Made by a program: the position numbers and the translations under genes
Notes under the pieces: generated by a model
What the model was told of the DNA's origin: nothing
Databases searched by the model: none
What the model saw: only the letters and a program-made list of their open reading frames with translations
Shown: positions 56,292 through 64,000 of the stretch, in pieces
Layout: each line of letters starts with the position of its first letter
Numbering within the stretch: the stretch's first letter is position 1
Assembly (NCBI GenBank): GCA_034521425.1
Contig: JAXHMP010000001.1
Coordinates: 1,737,737-1,801,736, forward strand
Direction: 5' to 3'
Origin: Bacteroidota bacterium
Lineage (GTDB): Bacteria; Bacteroidota; Bacteroidia; Bacteroidales; JAIOZK01
DNA: 64,000 bases

Positions 56292-57012
56292 TATTCTCCT
56301 TTGATCTTTTGGAGATAAGCCTTGCGCTGATTCCCATTAACGGCAATCATGGTAAGTTTGCCTTTCTCATCAACACTGATGGATATTTTATATTCCACAT
56401 TCTTATCTCCCAGTTCGTAATTCATAAAAGAAATACCTTTTATCTGCTCCCCGGCCGAGGGATACTTCTCAGCCATTTCATAAGCTCTTGCATACTCTTT
56501 ACTCATGGGAATCCCGGCATTTTCCGCGATCAGTCGGGCCTGATTCAGGGCAGTGTTGTAATCGCCCTCGAAAACCAATTTGATGGAATTGAAGCCTTCC
56601 GCTTCATTATCCACCGAAGTCTTCTTGGAAAAGTCATTGTCAAGGATCATATTCCCGGGTTCGATCAGGCCAAGCTCTTTGGCCCATGCAGGCAGGTGTG
56701 TGGCCGGGTTCAAATTGGAACGCCTGGCGATCTCCCGCCTGTATTCTTCATTCAATTCCTCTGCTAGCCGGTTGCCTTCCTCCGCGTCAATTCTCCCCTG
56801 AGGACCTTGTCCTCAATTTGTTTTAATTTTTTATTCAGGAAATCGACCAGCGCCATGGTCTGATCGATCTCTTCCATTGATTCGGAAAAGCCCTCCATCT
56901 GCTCTTCAAAGTTCTCTCCGCTGTTTTCTTCATTCCTTTTATCGGGATTGCAGGAAACAAAAAAAGCAAGCAGGAGTATACTGCTTATTATAAACTGGCA
57001 AGATTTTTTCAT
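56291..57012 (-). pseudogene. lipoprotein of unknown function, split by a 1-nt frame disruption at 56795-56798
   Basis: ORF 56764..57012 has a lipobox (LLAFFVSCNPD) and ends ..KQIEDKVLRGELTRRKATG*. The frame of ORF 56291..56755 is open upstream as GRIDAEEGNRLAEELNEEYRREIA. The frames join at a minus-strand G4 run. Confidence 0.6.
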
Positions 57013-57088
57013 ATCAAGGATAAAAATAAAAAAAATGCTTTTGAATTTTACATTTACCAGAGCAAACTTATCAAAAAAAATAAAATGC

Positions 57089-57096
57089 TAAATTTG
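57089..57096 (+). promoter_or_regulatory. candidate -7 box (TAAATTTG) for the DUF4783-nadC-yihY cluster
   Basis: This exact TAnnTTTG match lies 28 nt upstream of the ATG at 57125. Confidence 0.4.
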
Positions 57097-57124
57097 TATT
57101 GAAGCATTTATAAAACTAGAAAAC

Positions 57125-57523
57125 ATGAAGATCAGGATATTGCTGGCCTTGACAGTGTTGATCATATCGGCATGGCAGTTACGGGCCCAAAAAAACGACA
57201 AGGACCTGGAAAAGATTTCCACAGCCCTGAAAGAAGCAGATCACGAAAAGCTGCATAACTATTGCAACGATATGGTAGAAATTTCGGTGCCTGGCAACGA
57301 AGGCACCTACAGCAAAACACAGGCAAAATTCATATTGCGGGATTTTTTCCGGGAATATCCTGTAAAGGACTTCCGCATAAAACATGAAGGTCTCTCCAAC
57401 AGTGGGGCAAAATTTGCGATCGGGGAATATTCGCACCAGAAAGGTAAAATGAGAACCTATTTCCTGTTAAAAAACGACGGAAAAAAATATTCCATACACA
57501 TCATTCAATTTGAAAAACAATAA
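57125..57523 (+). CDS. DUF4783 domain-containing secreted protein
   Basis: A signal peptide is followed by ..MVEISVPGNEGTYSKTQAKFILRDFF.., the typical DUF4783 core. 132 aa. Confidence 0.7.
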   Translation: MKIRILLALTVLIISAWQLRAQKNDKDLEKISTALKEADHEKLHNYCNDMVEISVPGNEGTYSKTQAKFILRDFFREYPVKDFRIKHEGLSNSGAKFAIGEYSHQKGKMRTYFLLKNDGKKYSIHIIQFEKQ

Positions 57524-57536
57524 AGCAAAAGCATTT

Positions 57537-58373
57537 ATGGATCCGGAACGACTGATCAAACTGGCACTGGAGGAAGACCTGGGCGACGGGGATCACACAT
57601 CACTTGCAACCATTCCCGCCGGTACCAGGGGACGGGCGCGTTTGCTTATCAAGGAAAAGGGAATACTTGCCGGTATGGAAGTTGCCCGGAAAGTTTTCAA
57701 AGAGCTTGATAAAGGCATCCAAATGAAGTGCTTTCTGCAGGATGGAAATGCAATCAATCCCGGCGACGTGGCATTTGTGATCGAGGGAAAGGTACACAGT
57801 ATACTCTCCGGCGAACGCCTCGCCCTGAACTATATGCAGAGGATGTCGGGCATTGCAACTTTCACACACAAAGTAAGCAGTCAACTCAAAGGTTTGAATA
57901 CCCGCATCCTGGACACCCGAAAAACCACCCCGAACATGCGGTATTTTGAAAAAGAAGCGGTGAGAACCGGCGGGGGATTTAACCACAGAATGGGTTTATA
58001 TGATATGATCATGATCAAGGACAACCATATTGATTTTGCAGGAGGGATAGAAGCTGCTGTAAAATCCGTACATAAGTACCTTGACAAACAAAATAAAAAG
58101 CTTGGCATCGAGATAGAAGTGCGCAGTTTCGACGAATTGCATGAAGTTTTATCTATCGGCAAAGTTGACCGCATCATGCTGGATAACTTTGATCCCGAAG
58201 ACCTGAGAAAGGCTGTAGAGATCATTGACGGCCGTTATGAAACCGAGGCTTCGGGCGGGATTACGATCGGTGAAGTGAGAAAATATGCTGAAACGGGGGT
58301 GGATTACATATCCATTGGCGCCCTTACGCATCAGATAAACAGCCTCGATATGAGCCTGAAAGCCATTAACTGA
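57537..58373 (+). CDS. nadC: nicotinate-nucleotide diphosphorylase (carboxylating) / quinolinate phosphoribosyltransferase
   Basis: ALEEDLGDGDHTS, ILDTRKTTPNMR and MIKDNHI motifs are present. The ATG at 57537 is preferred; the track TTG at 57510 overlaps the previous gene. Confidence 0.9.
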   Translation: MDPERLIKLALEEDLGDGDHTSLATIPAGTRGRARLLIKEKGILAGMEVARKVFKELDKGIQMKCFLQDGNAINPGDVAFVIEGKVHSILSGERLALNYMQRMSGIATFTHKVSSQLKGLNTRILDTRKTTPNMRYFEKEAVRTGGGFNHRMGLYDMIMIKDNHIDFAGGIEAAVKSVHKYLDKQNKKLGIEIEVRSFDELHEVLSIGKVDRIMLDNFDPEDLRKAVEIIDGRYETEASGGITIGEVRKYAETGVDYISIGALTHQINSLDMSLKAIN

Positions 58374-58377
58374 AAAC

Positions 58378-59328
58378 ATGTTCCAAAAGAGTATACAGAA
58401 AGTTAAGCTGCTGGCAGATAAGATCCGGCAAAAGGCAACAAAGATTGCCCGGAAGATTATCATTCCGGGCATGTCGGGCATTCCGCTCTATGATGTGATT
58501 GAATTTTTTTTTAAAGGGATACAGCAAAGTTCACTGATCTCCAGGGCCAATGCTGTATCATTTTCTTTCTTGCTGGCCATTTTCCCGGGCATCCTCTTTT
58601 TCTTCACCCTCATCCCCTACTTCCCGATCGAGAATCTGCAGGAATCCATCATGAATACCCTGAGCCGGGCCATGCCGGAAGATGCCTTCAATACTGTTGA
58701 AGAGACCATCCGCGACATCATTAGCAGGAACAATACTGGATTACTCTCACTGGGTTTTGTATTATCCCTTTTCTTCGCCACCAACGGCATGATCGGCCTG
58801 ATCAAGGCGTTCAACCGTACAGCGCACACCATCGAATCCCGCTCGAATATTAAGGTCCAACTGGTTTCGATCTTACTGGTTATTCTAATCAGCCTGATGG
58901 TGATCATTTCCATGACCTTACTGATCTCGACCAATTTTTTACTGAATTACCTGGTCGAACAGGGTCTAATTCATAAAGAATGGACCCAGGGACTGATCCT
59001 GGTCGGGAAATGGGTGGTAACCTTCCTGATGGTATTCCTGGCCATTTCCACCATTTATTACCTGGCACCGGCCAAACGAAAAGGTTTTCATTTTTTCACA
59101 CCGGGTTCCACCTTTGCAACCTTCCTGGCCTTTGTTTTTATCCTGGGTTTTAATATATATATCGAGAATTTCAGCCAGTACAACAAATTGTACGGTTCCC
59201 TGGGAACCATTATCATTTTGATGCTCTGGGTTAACTTCAACATGATCACCCTGCTGATCGGCTTTGAACTGAATGCAAGTATTAATGACGCGAAGAGGCG
59301 GGGGAGGAGTATTCGGGAAAATCCCTGA
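58378..59328 (+). CDS. YihY/BrkB (virulence factor BrkB) family membrane protein
   Basis: 316 aa and polytopic; ..SFSFLLAIFPGILF.. and ..YGSLGTIIILMLWVNF.. motifs. Confidence 0.8.
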   Translation: MFQKSIQKVKLLADKIRQKATKIARKIIIPGMSGIPLYDVIEFFFKGIQQSSLISRANAVSFSFLLAIFPGILFFFTLIPYFPIENLQESIMNTLSRAMPEDAFNTVEETIRDIISRNNTGLLSLGFVLSLFFATNGMIGLIKAFNRTAHTIESRSNIKVQLVSILLVILISLMVIISMTLLISTNFLLNYLVEQGLIHKEWTQGLILVGKWVVTFLMVFLAISTIYYLAPAKRKGFHFFTPGSTFATFLAFVFILGFNIYIENFSQYNKLYGSLGTIIILMLWVNFNMITLLIGFELNASINDAKRRGRSIRENP

Positions 59329-59438
59329 TGTCTGATTTAATATGTAATAATTCTAAATTTTGTTTTTTAATGACAAGCTTGTAATAATCATTATCTTAGT
59401 AGTTTAATTTTAATTACGAACAATTTCATATTGCAAAA

Positions 59439-62400
59439 ATGACCTCATCCATTCATTTGAGAACCATTCTGAGTTTATTTGTTCTTCTAACTATTTATAC
59501 ATATTCATTTGCCCAGAACCAAGCCAATATCTGGTATTTCGGAGAATATGCAGGCATTGATTTCAATGGGGCCAATCCGGTTCCTCTTTTAAACAGTGCC
59601 ATGGATCAAAATGAAGGTTGTGCAACAATTTCGGATGAAAATGGCAATCTGCTATTCTATACAGATGGATCCACAGTATGGAACAGTAATCACGACATTA
59701 TGATGAATGGAACGGGTTTGTTGGGGCACCCCTCTGCTACACAATCTGCCGTCATCGTTCCCCATCCGGGTGATCCGGATCTTTATTATGTTTTCACCGT
59801 ACCTGTCAGTACTAGCAGTGATGGTCTGCGGTATTCAATCGTTGATATGACCCTTGACGGTGGATTGGGAGGGGTTACGAGCACAAAAAATATATTTCTT
59901 ATTGGGCCAACCGAAGAAAAAGTCACTGCAGTCAAACATGGTAACAACAACGATATTTGGGTCCTGACACATACCTGGGATTCAGATGCTTATTATGCCT
60001 ACCTAATCGACAACAATGGGCTGGACCCAACACCGGTAGTTTCAAATGTTGGCTTATGGCACAGTGGCATTGTCGGTAAAAAAATTGGATCAATGAAAGC
60101 CTCACCGAACGGGCAAAAATTGGCTATTGTGGCTCGTTGTGATACAACCCTGGAACTGTTGGATTTTAACTACCTGGATGGCACATTATCCAATCCTATA
60201 AGCTTTCTGCACAATTATATATCCGGATATGGGATCGAGTTTTCTCCAGATGGCAACAGGCTATACATGACAGAATACTCTTCAGGATCTAAGCTTTACC
60301 AGTTTGATCTGACAGCCGGCACTCCAGACCAGATCATCAATTCAGAAACAATTGTCGGTACGGTCTCAAATATTCACTTTGGAGCATTACAGGTTGCAAC
60401 AGATGGTAAGATCTATGCCTCAAAACACGACAACCTATTTGGTGATGATTATCTGGGTGTAATCAATAACCCAAATGAACTTGGAGCTGCCTGTAATTTT
60501 GTTGAAGACGGGTTTTATCTTGGTGGAAGGAAGTGTATCTGGGGATTACCCAATTTTATACAAAGCTATTATACGCCTGTTTCATTCACCTATGAGTATA
60601 CCTGTTTTGGTGATTCCACTGCGTTTCTGTTATCGGATCCAACATCCCCTGATTCAGTATACTGGAATTTCGGTGATCCTGCTTCGGGCAACGATAATTA
60701 TTCTAGCTTGTTCAATCCCAAGCACCAGTATACTGCAACGGGTAATTTTACTGTGACTTTAATCACTTACCAGGAATATTTTACAGATACCCTGATTCAG
60801 GATCTGACCATTTTCGAATACCCGCAACCCGACCTGGGAAACGATACCAGCATATGTGATATTGGAGGAAATACAGCCTACTTTGATGCAGGTCCCGCAG
60901 ATAGTTATCTCTGGAGCACAGGAGCAACGACCCGGGTGATCACACCAAGCATCACAGACTGGTATTGGGTCATTGCAACGAATGGTAATAATTGTTCAAG
61001 CACTGATTCTGTCTACCTCAATATGGTTTTACCCGCCCAGGTATTTGCCGGTTCTGATACCTCCATTTGCCATGGCAGTTTTCTGGATATCTCTGGATTG
61101 GTGTTGCCACCCTCTGCCAGTAATTATGATTCGATAAAATGGAGCGGCGGCACAGGAAGTTTCGATGATCCAAATATACTTTGGCCTACCTATTACCCCG
61201 CACCCAGTGAATATGGTACGATTGAACTGACATTGACAGCCTATGCTACTTCTCCCTGCAATGATGTGTTTTCGGTGCTTGAATTGACAATTGACTCCTT
61301 ACCAGACGGTAGTTTTACGATTTTACCTGCTGATACAGTTTGTACCCAGGAAGAATTATCCTTTCAGGGAATGAATAACAACAATACGACAATAAATACC
61401 TGGACATGGGATTTTGGTGATGGTAACCAGGCAGAAGGAAAAAATGTCAGTCATGCCTATGGCAATGCAGGTGATTTTGAAATTCAACTTGTTCTAACAA
61501 ACAACTCAGGTTGCACCGATACGATTATTGACTCAGTGCATATCCTGGATCCCCAAATAGATTTCGTAATATCCAGTAATCCCTCCTGCCTGGGTGATAC
61601 AATATTATTCTCACGAACTGATAATTCTCTGCCTTATGACTGTTACTGGGAATTTGGAGATGGGACAAATGCCAATGATTGTAGCATTGAGCATGTTTAT
61701 GCTGATGCGGGAAATTATGAAGTACGATTGAGTGTATGCTCACATGACACAACAAAAACTGTGACTGTTTACCCCCCGGCCATATCCAATGCCGGCTCCA
61801 ACGAAAGCATTTGCGAAGGCCAGCCCTTTGATCTTTCCACTTCTGCAGTCCAGCCCGATACCACTGATGCAGTCTCCCTGCTCTGGTACGGAGGAACCGG
61901 AAGTTTTGACGAGCCTACTGCCCTCTGGCCGGTCTATACGCCAGGCCCGGGAGAGGAAGGCCCGGTACCTTTATATATGATCGCATACAGCAATGTGCCC
62001 TGCGCCGATGATACCACCTTTATGATCCTGACCCTGGATTCCCTGCCTGAGCCTTCTTATACCTACCTGCCTGCCACAGGCATCTGTGTAAACGAGGCCA
62101 TACAATTCAGTGGTCAGAACAACAATACAACCACAGTAAGTTCCTGGAACTGGAACTTTGGTGATGGAGGATCATCCTCAGCCCGGAACCCATTATACAG
62201 TTACGCCACTGCAGCCACCTACGATGTCACCCTCACCCTGACCAACGGGGAAGGCTGCGTGGATTCCATTACCCAGCAAGTTACAGTACATCCTTTGCCA
62301 GAACCCAGCTATTGCAGTCATACCCGGCAATGATACCATTTGTGCCGAACTGCCTTTTACCTTCAATGGATCTTCAACCACCAACATCACCGACTGGCAA

Positions 62401-64000
62401 TGGGACTTCGGCGATGGCGTGGGAACAGCCACCGGGCAGAATGCGAGCTATACTTACAACACCGCAGGTGATTATACCGTACGCCTGATCGTGGTCAACG
62501 ACAATAGCTGTACCGATACGGTCTTTACCAAGATGTAAGAGTGAACGCCCTGCCACAGGCAGATTTCACCAACAGCCCGCAGGATACCACCTGTACCGGA
62601 GATGTGATCTCTTTCAGCGCTTTTGAAATCAGCGGAGGGGTCACCAACTGGCAATGGCAGTTTGGCGATGGCAACACGGCCAGCGGAATGAATGTAACCC
62701 ACAGCTATGCCAACCAGGGAGATTATACCGTACTCTTGATTTACAGCAATGGAGACGGCTGTTTGGATACAGCCTTTCAAAACCATCCGCATCGAACAAC
62801 TGGATGTGGACTTTACCCGTTCACCTTCGCCCTCTTGCCAGGGTTACCTGGTCACTTTCCAGGGCATCGACTACAACGGCAATGCCGATTTTGCCCAGTG
62901 GGAATGGGATTTTGGTGATGGCTCCACGGGCTTTGGCCAGAATGTGGCCCATATCTATCCCAACCCGGATGATTATGATGTGACCCTGAATGTTTGCACC
63001 GAGACCGTGGTAAGATCCATTACCGTCAATCCGCAGGCCATGGCAAATGCCGGATCCAACGAGGCAATATGCGAAGACCTGCCCTTTGATTTCTCAACTT
63101 CAGCCATACATCCCTCTGCCAGTGGGTACAGCGCTTTGTACTGGTATGGCGGGCAGGGTAGTTTTGACAACCCAAATGCCTTGCAACCTGTCTATTTTCC
63201 CCACATCAGTGAAAATGATACGACAATCACCTTTACCCTGGTGGCATTGGGCATGCAGCCTTGCGACAATGATACTTCAACAATGGAGCTTACAATTGTT
63301 CCGGGAGCCTATGCCTATGCAGGTAGTGATGAAGATGCTTGTTTCGGGGAGCCTTATGACTTTGCATCCTCTTCTCAGATACCCATAGCCCTTAACTATG
63401 ACACAATATATTGGTCGGGTGGTACCGGTTATTTTGTCGATCCGAATGTAGACATTCCCATTTATGTACCCGGCTCCGGAGAAATTGGTCCGGTACAACT
63501 CACCCTGGTTGCTTCAGGGAATGTGGTCAACTGTGATTCCATCGATGAAATGATCCTCAACATCCGCCCGGACTACCTGACGGATCTCTACCCTGAGATC
63601 TGTTACGGCGACAGCTTATTCGCCCAGGACGCCTGGCGCTACAGCTCGGGCACTTTCTACGATACTTTGCAGAGCGTGTACTTCTGCGACAGCGTGATCC
63701 AGACCAATCTGACGGTCTATCCCAAGATCGACAAAGACTTTCTGATTTCCACGGGCGATTCAGCCTGTCTGGAAGAGACGATACAATTTACCCAGACCGG
63801 CTCGGCTACCTTGACTAACTGGCTGTGGGACTTCGGCGACGGGACCACTTCCTCAGAGCAAAACCCCGGGCACACCTATCTGGATCCTGGCCTGTACGCC
63901 ATCTGGTTTTATTATGATGACGACATGGGATGTAATGACTCTGTCAGCCACAATGTAAGGGTATTTGATCTGCCCGATGTGGACTTCTTCGCCTCCCAGA
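59439..64000 (+). pseudogene. giant secreted PKD-repeat surface protein (N-terminal beta-propeller-like domain, at least 8 PKD domains alternating with cysteine-framed modules); three frame disruptions; 3' end outside window
   Basis: The signal peptide is followed by NIWYFGEYAGIDFNG, an N-terminal domain typical of large gliding/T9SS-type-B proteins. PKD cores recur (W.FGDG....N..H.Y...G.Y.V.L). The reading frame switches 0>1 near 62304-62310, 1>0 at 62530-62531 and 0>1 at 62779-62782. It then stays open to 64000. Confidence 0.8.

Noticed and set aside
1-64000. Search for CRISPR arrays, tRNA/rRNA genes, IS elements, integrases, prophage or defence-island genes
   Set aside because: No repeat-spacer periodicity, no cloverleaf-capable GC-rich segments in the intergenic spacers, and no transposase, integrase or phage-like ORFs in the six-frame track. 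This was visual inspection only; tRNAscan-SE/Infernal were not run.

Overview
This 64-kb window is mostly housekeeping chromosome from a Bacteroidota genome. Supporting evidence: T9SS C-terminal sorting domains, a TonB-receptor/DUF4249 pair, and recurrent TAnnTTTG -7 promoter boxes. The Rnf complex and class-1B PyrK/PyrD suggest an anaerobic Bacteroidia-like organism. I can support about 60 protein genes. They include a partial hmgA, an OYE reductase, a large OmpA-family protein, S41 peptidase, a fused 2-oxoacid dehydrogenase E1, dapD, ruvX, def, rny and zapA. Also present are a CPA2 antiporter, three adjacent Na+-coupled amino-acid transporters, a POT transporter, rhomboid, purB, pyrK/pyrD, murB, glycosyltransferases, ftsE, rnfBCDGEA, rseC, nadC and a giant PKD-repeat protein running off the 3' edge. 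By eye I found no rRNA, tRNA, CRISPR array, transposase or integrase; I could not run tRNAscan or CM searches. Nothing resembles a canonical defence island. The items most worth a second look are listed here. (1) An ORF-free segment of about 210 nt between zapA and rny folds into concentric helices with a large central bubble; it is either 6S-like or an rny leader. (2) Two tandem paralogous T9SS-cargo genes of unknown function, each with its own promoter box, sit between rseC and rnfB. (3) A small islet of unknown function between pyrD and murB holds an overlapping small-ORF/minimal nucleotidyltransferase (toxin-antitoxin-like) pair plus TM2 and DUF2752 genes. (4) An unassigned cysteine-framed module of about 85 aa is shared by the T9SS paralogs and the PKD giant. 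Caveat: I located at least nine single-base frame disruptions, most at short homopolymer runs, and they affect genes including ftsE and rny. Sequencing or assembly error is therefore the default explanation, and all pseudogene calls are provisional.
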